NCBI GenBank assembly: GCA_965198115.1
Contig: OZ240241.1
Span: forward strand, 8,192,001-8,256,000
DNA length: 64,000 nt
Source of the DNA: Candidatus Latescibacterota bacterium
Lineage (GTDB): Bacteria > Latescibacterota > UBA2968
Direction of reading: 5' to 3'
The position numbers and the translations under genes were made by a program. Shown here piece after piece: positions 45,859-55,607 of the stretch. How positions within the stretch are numbered: position 1 is the stretch's first letter; every line of letters begins with the position of its first letter. The notes beneath the pieces are model-generated. The model was given only the letters and a program-made list of their open reading frames with translations. It did no database searches and was not told where the DNA came from.

Positions 45859-47027
45859 ATGGGTGACGCATTTACGCCGCAGAAGAGAGACAGGTTCTCA
45901 TTCGGGTTGTGGACGGTGGGCAACGTGGGCGGGATCCCTTCGGGGATCCGGTGCGGAAACCCATCCCGCCGCGGCGAATCGTGGAACAGTTGAGCCGCCT
46001 CGGGGCGTGGGGCATCAACCTTCACGATAACGATCTCGTTCCGATCGATGCGACGGCCACGCAAAGAGACAAGATCGTGAAGGGTTTCAAAAAAGCTCTC
46101 AAAGACTACGACATGGTCGTTCCGATGGCAACCACGAACACCTTTTCCCACCCTGTGTTCAAGGACGGCGGATTCACGTCGAACGATCCCAAAGTCCGAG
46201 CCTACGGTCTCCAGAAGATCATGCGGTCGATCGATCTCGGCGTCGAACTGGGTGCCACGACGTATGTGTTCTGGGGGGGGCGCGAAGGATCCGAGTGCAA
46301 CGTTTCGAAGGATCCGGTGGAGGCGGTGAAGAGGTATCGAGAAGGGATCAACTACCTGTGTCGCTACGTGCGCGACCGAAAGTATAAACTACGGTTCGCC
46401 ATGGAGGCGAAACCGAACGAGCCGCGGGCCGATCTGTATTTTCCGACGACCGGGCACTACCTGGCTCTGATCGAAACGCTGGATTACCCTGCGATGGTCG
46501 GTGTCAACCCCGAGGTGGCGCACGAGTCGATGGCCGGTCTGAATTTCCACCACAGTGTGGCGCAAGCTCTGGACGCGGGCAAGCTCTTTCACATCGATCT
46601 GAACGATCAACGATTCGGCCGATACGACCAGGACTTCAGGTTCGGGTCCGAGGACTACAAAAACGCCTTTCTACTCGTTCGGCTCCTCGAAGAGAACCGA
46701 TACAGAGGTCCGAGGCACTTTGACGCCCACGCTTACCGAACGGAAGACGAAAAGGGGGTCTGGGACTTCGCGACGGGGTGCATGCGGACGTATAATATAA
46801 TGAGGGCGAAGGCGAGACGATTCAGGCAGGACGAGGAGATTCAGGGCATTCTGTCGGAGATTTCGAGCCAGAATCCCGAATTCGAAAAGCATCTGGGTGC
46901 CTATAGTCGAAAAAAGGCACAGACCCTCAAACGGGTCAGGTTCAACATCGACGCCATGGGGCGAATCGGGGCCCGATACGAGCAGCTGGATCAGCTTCTC
47001 GCCGAGCTGCTTTTGGGCGTCCGGTAG
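45859..47027 (+). CDS. xylA: Xylose isomerase, class I (frameshift near 45930)
   Basis: The start reads MGDAFTPQKRDRFSFGLWTVG, followed by DPFGD, HDNDL, VFWGGREG, EAKPNEPR, GVNPEVAHE, LFHIDLN and YDQD. Confidence 0.93.
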
Positions 47028-47080
47028 GGCGTTTTTTGGCATAAGACTTGCACCATTGAGGGGTGGCGGTCCCTCAGAAG

Positions 47081-47129
47081 TTGACACGAGGCTTCTTTAG
47101 GGATAGAGTTACGTGAACTTCACGTAACT
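47081..47129 (+). promoter_or_regulatory. Sigma70-type promoter with an overlapping palindromic operator upstream of fliM
   Basis: TTGACA-N17-TAGAGT at 47081-47109. Perfect inverted repeat AGTTACGTGAA-C-TTCACGTAACT at 47107-47129. Confidence 0.7.
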
Positions 47130-47201
47130 ATCAGTATTGTATTGACTTATATAGCTGCGTCGAATACGAGGCGCACGGTCCGTTGACACGGGAGATGCAC
47201 G

Positions 47202-48257
47202 ATGCCGGATATTCTTTCCCAGGACGAAATCGACGCTCTGCTGTCTGCGACGGGTAGCGAAGACGGCGATGGGGCTGCTGCCAGCCCCGGTCCGAGTGAC
47301 TCGCGTGGTGCTGCGGGCGCCAAATCGTCCAATCATCACCTACGACTTCAAGCACCCCTCACGTGTGTCGAAGGACCAGACGCGCACCCTTGAGAACCTG
47401 CATTCAAACCTTGCCAGAATGATGGCCTCGTCGTTCTCGACCATGCAGCGGTCGGTTGTGGACTGCGATATCGCGTTCGTCGACCAGACGACCTACGCCG
47501 AGTTCATCATGTCGTTGTCGAATCCGTCGTGCTCCTACACCTTCACGATCGAGCCCCTGGGCGGCCCGGCCATTATCGATTTCTCGCTCCCGGTCGCCTA
47601 CTCGTTCATCGACCGCCAGTTCGGGGGGTCGGGGGGCAATCCTCCATCCGAAGCCCGTCCCTTGACGGCGATCGAGCGGACGGTCATGACCAAGGTCGTG
47701 ACGCGCACCCTGGCCGACCTGGAGGCGACGTGGGAAGCGCTGCTCAAGATTCAGGTGTCGGACGCCGAGCTCGAAACGAACCCCGAATTCATGCAGGTCG
47801 CCGCGCCGTCCGACACGGTCGTGTTGATCGCGTTCGAGGTGAACTCACAGCACGCCTCGGGTCTGGTGAATCTGTGTTACCCCTACTTTACACTCGAGCC
47901 CGTCATGGCTTATCTGAACGTCCAGACCTGGGCAAGCCGGGAGCGGGGCAAGCGCGAGAGTCAGCGCGAAGAGCGGCTCCTGCAGCTCGACCGTGTTGCA
48001 GCGCCCGTCAAGGTCGTGGTCGGACGGACGAGGTGAGTCTTGGCGAAGTTCTCAACCTTCAAGAAGGCGACGTTCTCCGGTTGGATACGACGTTGAACGA
48101 AGACGCGGTGGTCTACGTCGGAGACCGACCCAAGTATCTGGCGCGACCCGGGCTGATGGGCAAGCGACGGGCGATCCAGCTGACAGAACGGATCCTCAAG
48201 GCAGACGAACCGAAGTTTATGACCGAGATCGAAAAGACAACGACCGAGCAGCTGTGA
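47202..48257 (+). CDS. fliM: Flagellar motor switch protein FliM homologue (frameshifts near 47320 and 48030)
   Basis: N-terminal CheY-binding motif ILSQDEIDALL, YDFKHPSRVSKDQ, TYAEFI.SL.NP, GG.G, LT.IE, ETNPEF and a SPOA tail LQEGDVLRL. Confidence 0.9.
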
Positions 48258-48278
48258 GATCGGTCCATCGGAAGTCAT

Positions 48279-48309
48279 AAAAAGGCCGCCCTGAGGGGCG
48301 GCCTTTTTT
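48279..48309 (+). terminator. Intrinsic terminator
   Basis: AAAAA-GGCCGCCC-tgag-GGGCGGCC-TTTTTT. Confidence 0.9.
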
Positions 48310-48319
48310 CGTTGGTCTG

Positions 48320-48348
48320 TTGACTTGGCCCCCTCCTCCGACTATGTT
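48320..48348 (+). promoter_or_regulatory. Putative sigma70 promoter for the adenylate-kinase-like gene
   Basis: TTGACT-N17-TATGTT immediately after the terminator. Confidence 0.5.
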
Positions 48349-48419
48349 CATATCCGTTTTGAGCCCTGGGCAACCGGGGCCTTATTTGTTAGACCACTGG
48401 CGCTGCTGCGGAGGAATTC

Positions 48420-49025
48420 ATGGACTTGCTGTATCGCACCGTCCTGCTGTTCGGCCCGCCTGGCTCAGGCAAGGGAACGTGGGGAAGCATCCTGGGCCAG
48501 CTCCCGGGATTTCTCCACTTCGCGAGCGGGGACATGTTCCGGTCGCTTGCCCCGGACAGCGAAATTGGAAAGATGGCACTCGAGTGTATTCGGAAGGGGG
48601 AACTGGTACCGGACGAACAGGCTATGGGGCTCTGGCGCGAGCAGATGCGAAACCTGGTTACGGTGGGTACGTTCAATCCCGAACGACACCTACTGGTGCT
48701 CGACGGGATCCCACGCACGCCTGCCCAGTCCGTGATGGTCGACGCTGATCTCGATGTTCGGCTGATCCTGTTCCTGGACTGTCCGGATCGCGACGTGCTG
48801 GTGCAGCGTCTGTATGGCCGTGCGCTGATCGAACATCGTGTCGACGATGCGCGTGAGGATATCATCCATCGTAGATTCAAAGTCTACGACGAACAAACGA
48901 ATGCCACCTTAAGCCACTACTCCGAACACATGATCGTCCGGATCGATGTGTCCCAACCTCCTCATAAGATTCTGTTGGATATGTGCCAGGCGATTTATGA
49001 CCGGTTCGGAGTCGAGGTGTCCTGA
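48420..49025 (+). CDS. Adenylate kinase family nucleoside monophosphate kinase (short LID)
   Basis: Motifs GPPGSGKGT, SGDMFR, GELVPDE, LDGIPRT and R.DD. Confidence 0.88.
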   Translation: MDLLYRTVLLFGPPGSGKGTWGSILGQLPGFLHFASGDMFRSLAPDSEIGKMALECIRKGELVPDEQAMGLWREQMRNLVTVGTFNPERHLLVLDGIPRTPAQSVMVDADLDVRLILFLDCPDRDVLVQRLYGRALIEHRVDDAREDIIHRRFKVYDEQTNATLSHYSEHMIVRIDVSQPPHKILLDMCQAIYDRFGVEVS

Positions 49026-49027
49026 AG

Positions 49028-49912
49028 GTGCCGCGGCGGTATCTTTTCATCGCCAATCCACACGCGGGTCCTAAAACAACGGAGATCGGGCCGCTCATCG
49101 GTCAGGTCCTCGGATCGTCACATCATTGGGATTTGGTCTACACAGCGGAACCGGGCGAAGCGACCGACGTGGCCGCGTCGGCCCGACAACACGGATACGA
49201 TCGGGTCGTGGCCGCGGGTGGCGACGGCACGGTGAATGCGGTGGCTCGCGGCCTCCTCGGGGCTCCCCTTCCCCTCGGCATCCTGCCTCTTGGGTCGGGT
49301 AACGCTCTGGCAAGGTCTCTGAGTATCCCCCTACGGCCTATGGCCGCGATAGGGTGTCTTCCCTCGGCTGCCTCGCGATCGATCGATGTCGGCCGTATAG
49401 GCGAAGACGCCTTCCTTTCTACCGCCGGAATCGGAATCGACGCAGAGGTCTGCCATCGCTTCAATCGAACGGGCGCACGGGCCCGAGGCCTCTGGCCCTA
49501 TGTCTTCAACAGTGTGAGGGCGATACTCCGCTACGAGCCGGAGGAAGTCGTGTTGATGTTTCCGGGTAAGCAGTGGCAGGAAGTTACGCCGTTCCTGTTG
49601 GTCATTGCCAACACCGCGCAGTACGGCTATGGCGTCACGATCGCTCCAGGCGCCTGTCCCGACGACGGAGTGCTGGATGTCTGCGTGATTCAGGATCTGA
49701 CCGTGATGCGGGCTCTTCTGCACGGGCGAAGACTGTTCGACGGGACGATCGACCAAATGCCAGGTGTAACGATCACGCGGACAAATCACCTGATCGTTCG
49801 GTGCGGAACCGATCGACGTATTCAGGTGGATGGGGAGTCGGGGACGGGAGAAGGTGAGATGGTGGTCGAAGTCTTGCCGCGAGCCCTGGAGGTCTTGCTG
49901 CCTGCGGCCTAG
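49028..49912 (+). CDS. Diacylglycerol kinase family (YegS/DagK-like) lipid kinase
   Basis: Motifs NPHAG, GGDGTVN, PLGSGNALA, GIGIDA, DDGVLD and QVDGE. Confidence 0.93.
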   Translation: MPRRYLFIANPHAGPKTTEIGPLIGQVLGSSHHWDLVYTAEPGEATDVAASARQHGYDRVVAAGGDGTVNAVARGLLGAPLPLGILPLGSGNALARSLSIPLRPMAAIGCLPSAASRSIDVGRIGEDAFLSTAGIGIDAEVCHRFNRTGARARGLWPYVFNSVRAILRYEPEEVVLMFPGKQWQEVTPFLLVIANTAQYGYGVTIAPGACPDDGVLDVCVIQDLTVMRALLHGRRLFDGTIDQMPGVTITRTNHLIVRCGTDRRIQVDGESGTGEGEMVVEVLPRALEVLLPAA

Positions 49913-49937
49913 CGATCCGCAGCGCACGCTCTGCCGA

Positions 49938-49972
49938 GAACGGCTCCGCCCTTCGGATGGGCGGAGCCGTTC
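49938..49972. terminator. Hairpin between convergent genes
   Basis: GAACGGCTCCGCCC-ttcggat-GGGCGGAGCCGTTC, a 14-bp perfect stem. Confidence 0.75.
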
Positions 49973-49983
49973 CTCCTTGCAGG

Positions 49984-50526
49984 TTAGAAGAAGAACTTGA
50001 GACCGGCGTAGACGCGATCGACGTCAGTCGTCACGTTGTCCGTGAAGATGAAGTCGTGCTTGTAGTTGATTCCGAGCCGCACCTTCTGCCCGAGCACAAT
50101 GTCCAGACTGGCTCCCGGGGCGAGACCAAAGTGGCTGTCACCACCCCTCTGATCGTAGATACCGGCTTGGAGGCCGAGGTTGTAGACGAACGGATGCCAC
50201 TCGTAGGAGAAGTTGGACCCGATTCCGTAGATGTTCGTGTCGCGATCGGTCAGGTGGGCATAGCTGGCCTGAATGCCGATCCAATCGTAGGCCTCGTAGC
50301 CCAGGTCGACTCCGTAGAGGAATCCGGTCTGGGTCTGGTTATCGGGGCCGAAGAAACCAGAACCGAATGCTCCGCCCAGGTAGATACGGCCGGTCGTGTA
50401 TCCGAAGGGATTGCCTCCCTTTCCGTGTTCGCTGCCCTCCGGCCCGTCTGTCCTGCCCGTTTCCTGCCCGGGGGCCCCCGTTGCCATCACGACGATGGCA
50501 GAGATGATCGTCAGTAGCTGTTTCAT
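49984..50526 (-). CDS. Small outer-membrane beta-barrel protein
   Basis: Signal peptide, alternating Gly/aromatic strands, and C-terminal YAGLKFFF. Confidence 0.8.
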   Translation of the reverse strand: MKQLLTIISAIVVMATGAPGQETGRTDGPEGSEHGKGGNPFGYTTGRIYLGGAFGSGFFGPDNQTQTGFLYGVDLGYEAYDWIGIQASYAHLTDRDTNIYGIGSNFSYEWHPFVYNLGLQAGIYDQRGGDSHFGLAPGASLDIVLGQKVRLGINYKHDFIFTDNVTTDVDRVYAGLKFFF

Positions 50527-50539
50527 CGTCGGTTCCTCC

Positions 50540-51127
50540 TCAGATACCGATGCTTCGTTTCTTGTAGGCCTTCCGAATCTCTTTCTCGTCCGTCCAGACG
50601 ATTTCCGAAGATCCGAGGTCGGTGAGCTGGAACGTGGCCTTGTAGTAGACGAGTTTCTCCTTGCCGATCTCCTGGACGTTCGACGAAAGCGTTCCCGTCA
50701 GGACGAGACCCGCGGCCGTCTGTGACCCGGGTGCGTGGGCCTGAGCAGGGTCGACGTATCCGGAATTCTGGTACTCATACTCCCTGGCGATCGCTCGTCG
50801 GTTCTGTACGTCGACGAACCGGAACCGTCCGGATTGGATGAGCGAGGTGCGGATTTTGTCACTCAACGCGTTCATGTCGATGTGTTCGGTCGTACGGTTC
50901 CGCATCTTTCCGACCATCAGGGCAGGTGTGGCCTGACCCTCAATCGTCGGAGAGGCGACGAGTGAGTTCACCATTTTCTTTGCGATCAGCTGCATGTCGT
51001 TCTCGTTGAACCGATCGTCGAGCAGCGCGATTGTCTGCGGGTCTTCGTAGGTGCCTTTGGTGAAGGCGCGGGGTCCCGCACAGCTGGCGATCGTCAACGA
51101 TGCGAGGATGATGATAACGTGGCGCAC
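50540..51127 (-). CDS. LpoB-family lipoprotein
   Basis: Lipobox IAS-C. Motifs RNRTTEHID, L.SGRFRFVD and GSSEIVWTDEKEI.K. Confidence 0.85.
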   Translation of the reverse strand: MRHVIIILASLTIASCAGPRAFTKGTYEDPQTIALLDDRFNENDMQLIAKKMVNSLVASPTIEGQATPALMVGKMRNRTTEHIDMNALSDKIRTSLIQSGRFRFVDVQNRRAIAREYEYQNSGYVDPAQAHAPGSQTAAGLVLTGTLSSNVQEIGKEKLVYYKATFQLTDLGSSEIVWTDEKEIRKAYKKRSIGI

Positions 51128-51141
51128 GGTGTCCTCCTTCC

Positions 51142-51933
51142 TCAGTTCCATTCACATTCGAGTCGGGTTGAAATCAGGTGCCATTGATCGGGCAGGACGA
51201 GGTCTCGCTTGAGTCGGGCGTCGAGCCGGCATACCTGAAAGAGGGAGCTTGCGGGATAATCAATGTCGTGATAGCGGATCGCATCGCGTTCCACATCGGG
51301 GACATCCGACAGCCGCTGGATGTCGGGGCGTGCCGAGACGAGTACGGCCAACTTTCTTGTACCCGGCTGCTTCAGAGGCATGCGGCTCGTGAATCGCACG
51401 GTCCGCACTGTTTTGGGTAGGAGCAGATCCGTATGGTCCGCACGGGTTTCGTCTGCCCAGCGACCACGAAGGACCGAGGACAGGTCCGCCGTCAGGATCC
51501 GTTCGGTGTCTCCGTCGGGAAGGATGGCGTAGAGGTATCGGTGTCGGCCCGCCTCGGAGCCATCGCCCTCGAAGATGAGAGAAACGGTCACGTCGATCGA
51601 TCGGTTTGGTGGCAGTCCGTGGCGCGAGACGGCGGCGATCACGGGGTGTTCTATCCCGAGACTACGTAGTCGAATCAGACCTGCCGCCGATACATCGCCC
51701 GCGTAGCGTCTTTCGGTGACCAGATTCACGAGTTGATCGGCGGTGAATCCCCCATTCTTGAGCGACAGGATTTCGGCTTCGCTCAGGGGCAGCTGATCCG
51801 ATCGCTCGTAGACAGGCGGGAGCTGAGCTCCGTCCCATTCGACGATGTTGATGACCGCCCCGCCGGTCGGGAGATCGGCGGCGTCTGAGCGAGCCGCCAG
51901 CCCGACCACGAGGATGAAGAAAAGGGTTCTCAT
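51142..51933 (-). CDS. Hypothetical exported protein
   Basis: RBS GGAGG, signal peptide MRTLFFILVVGLAARSDA, and operonic position. Confidence 0.7.
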   Translation of the reverse strand: MRTLFFILVVGLAARSDAADLPTGGAVINIVEWDGAQLPPVYERSDQLPLSEAEILSLKNGGFTADQLVNLVTERRYAGDVSAAGLIRLRSLGIEHPVIAAVSRHGLPPNRSIDVTVSLIFEGDGSEAGRHRYLYAILPDGDTERILTADLSSVLRGRWADETRADHTDLLLPKTVRTVRFTSRMPLKQPGTRKLAVLVSARPDIQRLSDVPDVERDAIRYHDIDYPASSLFQVCRLDARLKRDLVLPDQWHLISTRLECEWN

Positions 51934-51947
51934 CGTGTGTGCCTCCA

Positions 51948-53291
51948 TCAATTGAAGATTCGGTGGTTGAGGAAGGTCCGATGTCCAGCGGCGACACGGA
52001 TTCCCTCCAGTGTTTCGCGCTTGATAACGCGACCGGTTTGACTGACTGCTTCGACGACGATGTCGTGTTCGCCGGGGGGGAGCGACAGCCTGCTGAGGTG
52101 GATGGATCTTGGCAACGAGACCCAGCTGCGGGTGTCGGCCTTTTCAGTGGCTGCGGTGAAGAGGTTGGTCAGCCAGCCGAGGACTTCATTCTTCTTCTTG
52201 ATTCCCTCCGTCGCCGCATATTTGGCCAGTCCTCTGGCGACGGTGCGGGCAAGAACGGTTCCTGCTTTATCGGCCATCGTTGCTCGGGCGATGGCGTCGA
52301 GGTCCTCGACCGCTTCTGACCGTGTTTGCAGTCCGGATGCGCGGACCCGGATGTAGGCAGCGCGGGTCGGAATCGACTCGAGACGTGGCACGGCGACACG
52401 CAACCAGTAGTCCACATCGCGTCGATGCCGGTGCCTACGATGGCGACCGACGACCTGTTGCACGGCATGATTCCGTTTTCCTCGGCGCGAAAGTTTGATG
52501 TCGCTGTCGTAAATGGGTAGATTCAGTTCTTCCTGTGTGCGTCGGGGGGCGAACCCGATCTCGGAGAGCAGGACGAGTTCACCTTCGCTCGACCCGGGAG
52601 TGAAGGCTCCGAGCGGCCCGTCGTCGTCGCCGAATTCGACCGCCACACGACGAAGGTCCTGGTCGAACTGTTCTGGGGGGGTCAGTCCGAACCGGTCTTG
52701 GTAGGTTTCGTAGCCCGCCCGGGCGTGCTTGAGAGAGACGTAAGCGTCGTTCAGCTCACCCGTGGCCTCATACATCAGCGCCGTCAGGTAGTGGATGAAG
52801 GCATCACTCCTGTATGAAACATCCGATCCGTCGCGGCCGGTGTGCTCGGCGAGCTTGAGATTGGCTTTCCGGCACTCCACGAGGGCATCTTCGTAGAGGC
52901 CGAGGTGCCAGTAGTTGAGCGCCCGGTAGTAATGGATGAAGACGAGTTCGAACTCCTCGCCGCGATAGGGTCTCAGTTCGTCGTTGGTCACGAGCGAGGC
53001 GGCTTCCCTCGAGAGGGATCGCGTAAACAGTCGGTCTGCCACGCGTTCGGCCGTTTCGAAATACCGGTTCGACAGGTCGTAGTCACCGCGGGTGTGCTCT
53101 ACGATTCCGTGTTCGAGGTAGAAGAGAAGTCGGTTCGCTCCGCGTGCGGCTTTACCGATCCGCTCCTCGGCCGCGCTGTGGTCCCCGGTGGCCAGAGCAG
53201 CCCGAATGCCGGCCGTGTGCCTTGCATAGGGCGCGCACGCGACGACGGCCAGCGTGGTCAACGAGAGGATCGTGGTGGCGAAGGGCTTCAT
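51948..53291 (-). CDS. COG3014-like TPR lipoprotein
   Basis: Lipobox VVA-C. Motifs ND...PY.GE.FE, DALVE.R and KADTRSW..LP. This family commonly neighbours LpoB-like genes. Confidence 0.82.
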   Translation of the reverse strand: MKPFATTILSLTTLAVVACAPYARHTAGIRAALATGDHSAAEERIGKAARGANRLLFYLEHGIVEHTRGDYDLSNRYFETAERVADRLFTRSLSREAASLVTNDELRPYRGEEFELVFIHYYRALNYWHLGLYEDALVECRKANLKLAEHTGRDGSDVSYRSDAFIHYLTALMYEATGELNDAYVSLKHARAGYETYQDRFGLTPPEQFDQDLRRVAVEFGDDDGPLGAFTPGSSEGELVLLSEIGFAPRRTQEELNLPIYDSDIKLSRRGKRNHAVQQVVGRHRRHRHRRDVDYWLRVAVPRLESIPTRAAYIRVRASGLQTRSEAVEDLDAIARATMADKAGTVLARTVARGLAKYAATEGIKKKNEVLGWLTNLFTAATEKADTRSWVSLPRSIHLSRLSLPPGEHDIVVEAVSQTGRVIKRETLEGIRVAAGHRTFLNHRIFN

Positions 53292-53439
53292 CCTGCGATC
53301 GAATCTTGCAACTGGCGTGCCAGACCCTTATATTTGACATAAGTCTATTATTATTAAGAATTTGTAAACTTGATCCACACTGTGGGCCTTGTTGTATCCA
53401 TCACACAAGTGTGAATGAGAGTGACAACAGGAAGGACGT

Positions 53440-53802
53440 ATGAAGCGAATTTTGATCGTGGACGACGACCCATCTGTCAGGGACGTTCTAGGCGAGATCG
53501 TCACGACCTACGGCTACGAGGCGCTGGCGTCGGAGTCGGCCAAGGACGCCGTCGCGACGTTGGCGAAAGGGGGGATTCACCTGATCTTCCTGGACATCGC
53601 CATGCCCGAGGTCACGGGCGATCGTCTGCTCGATTTCTTGCGGAAGAAGGGTTTCAAGACGCCGGTCGTCGTGGTATCCGCCCACATCGAGGATGAGGTA
53701 CGCGAACACATGACCGAAATCGGGGTGAGTGGGATGATCGAGAAACCCTTCGAAGTGGCAGATGTGATCGATGAGATGGAGCGCGCACTGACTCGAAAGT
53801 GA
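53440..53802 (+). CDS. Single-domain response regulator (receiver)
   Basis: Motifs ILIVDDD, FLDIAMP, VVSA and KPF. Confidence 0.92.
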   Translation: MKRILIVDDDPSVRDVLGEIVTTYGYEALASESAKDAVATLAKGGIHLIFLDIAMPEVTGDRLLDFLRKKGFKTPVVVVSAHIEDEVREHMTEIGVSGMIEKPFEVADVIDEMERALTRK

Positions 53803-53827
53803 GGCTTCGATCGATCGATGTCGAAAT

Positions 53828-53860
53828 AAGGGGCGGTCCCGAGTTCGGGACCGCCCCTTT
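53828..53860. terminator. Bidirectional terminator hairpin
   Basis: AAGGGGCGGTCCCGA-gt-TCGGGACCGCCCCTTT between convergent genes. Confidence 0.85.
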
Positions 53861-53885
53861 GCGCGTACGGCTATGGGATGATCGA

Positions 53886-55595
53886 CTACACGGTCTTAGG
53901 TATGGCGCGATAGTTTTCGAGAAAGAGGACATCGACCCCGCCGCGGATCAGCTCCTGCACGGCGTCGCGGGGATGGCAGACGATGGGTTCCTCGTGTTTG
54001 TTGAAACTGGTGTTAATACCCAGGCTGAGACCGGATTTGCGCTTGTAGGCCGAGAGGGCGCGGTAGATGTAGGCATTGTCCTTTTCGTTGACGATCTGGG
54101 GACGGGCGGTGCCGTCTTTGTGGACGATTCCGGGAGCCATGTCCTTTCCGAAGTCGGTGACGTCGAAGCAGATCGTCATGAAGCGGGCGGGCAGCCGTCC
54201 CGCCTCGAAATTGTGGAAATAGTGCGGCGCGTCTTCTTCCAGAATGATCGGAGCGAAGGGCATGAACTCCGTCCGATCGAGCCGACTGTTCAGCCAGTGC
54301 ATCATCGTCGGATCGGTCGGTTCTGCGAGGATGGTGCGGTGGCCGAGGGCACGTGGGCCGTACTCCATGCGACCGTTGAACAGGCCGATGACCTGCTTGT
54401 TCACGAGCGCATCGCTGATGGCCTCGGCCGGGTCGTCGAGCCGAGTCCACTCCACAGGAAACTGCTGGAGCGCGGAGACGATGTCCTTCTCTGTCGCCGC
54501 GTTACCCCAGCAGGCTTCCGTGATGGCCTCCGGCTGGAGATCGGTCGACCGGGCCGTCACGTCGAGGGCGCTGCCCAGGGCGACTCCGCCGTCCCCCATG
54601 TGTGGGTGGACGAAGACTTCGTCGACGCCGTCAAGTTCGAGGATTTTCTGGTTCAGGCGGACGTTCGCGAACGTCCCGCCGGCCAGCGCGACGCGCCGGA
54701 GACCGGTGCGCTCGACGGCCGCCGCGATGACACCGCACATGCTGTCTTCGAGTACCTTTTGCGCGCCGTAGGCAATCTGCTCGATCGAGAATCGATCGAG
54801 TGAGTTGCGGAGTTGATCGTGCGCATCGCGGAACAGGAGATGCTTTCGGTTCGTGAAGCTGAGTTTTCTTGCGTTGTGGCCGTAGAACTCGCCGAGAACA
54901 CGGTGTGCTTCTTCGCAAGGCTGGTAGGCGGCGAGACCGGTGATCTTTCCGCCGTGTTTGATCGGGTTGAAGCCGCAGATGTAGGTGATCAGGAACCAGA
55001 AATTGCCCGGTGAATGGACGCGGGGCCATTCGACGACGGGCTGGAGCAGGCCGTTGGTTCCGGTGTAGACACTGCCAGCCAGTCCATCTCCCCCGCCATC
55101 GGCGGTGATGATGGTGGCATTTTCGAAGCCCGATGTGTAGTAGGCCGATGCAGCGTGGGCACGGTGGTGATCGACGTATTCGACGTCTGCGTGGATGTCG
55201 TAGTCGCGAAGGGACTTTTGAAGCGTCTGTTTGTTCTTGCTGACGAGGCTCAGCACCTGCCGTGATGCCTGAACGAACGTACGTGTCGCCGTAACCGGTC
55301 CGAACAGACGCGTACTGCCCGCAAAAATCCGCTGGAGCAACGTCGTATCGTTGATGTCGGTGTAGATCGGGTAATTTTCGGTCTCGACCATGGCCTGGAA
55401 GCCGACGCTCACACGATCGATGTCGTCAGGTGAGACACCGGTCGTGGCGAAGAGATTCCTAAGAGCCAGGTAGGGGAACCCGAAGTGGAGCTTGTTGCGG
55501 GCGAATCGCTCCTCGTTGGCGGCGTAGATCGGTTTGCCGTCGGCGGTCAGCGAGACACCGGCGTCTTTGCCATCGTGAATTCCCAGGACATTCAT
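53886..55595 (-). CDS. Carbamoyltransferase (NodU/CmcH family)
   Basis: Motifs EERF.R.K, HHRAHAASAY, DGGGD, GKITGLAAY, MEYGPRALGHR, FMPFAP, DGTARPQ and NTSFN.HEEPIV. Confidence 0.95.
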   Translation of the reverse strand: MNVLGIHDGKDAGVSLTADGKPIYAANEERFARNKLHFGFPYLALRNLFATTGVSPDDIDRVSVGFQAMVETENYPIYTDINDTTLLQRIFAGSTRLFGPVTATRTFVQASRQVLSLVSKNKQTLQKSLRDYDIHADVEYVDHHRAHAASAYYTSGFENATIITADGGGDGLAGSVYTGTNGLLQPVVEWPRVHSPGNFWFLITYICGFNPIKHGGKITGLAAYQPCEEAHRVLGEFYGHNARKLSFTNRKHLLFRDAHDQLRNSLDRFSIEQIAYGAQKVLEDSMCGVIAAAVERTGLRRVALAGGTFANVRLNQKILELDGVDEVFVHPHMGDGGVALGSALDVTARSTDLQPEAITEACWGNAATEKDIVSALQQFPVEWTRLDDPAEAISDALVNKQVIGLFNGRMEYGPRALGHRTILAEPTDPTMMHWLNSRLDRTEFMPFAPIILEEDAPHYFHNFEAGRLPARFMTICFDVTDFGKDMAPGIVHKDGTARPQIVNEKDNAYIYRALSAYKRKSGLSLGINTSFNKHEEPIVCHPRDAVQELIRGGVDVLFLENYRAIPKTV

Positions 55596-55607
55596 GGGGT
55601 TACCCTC

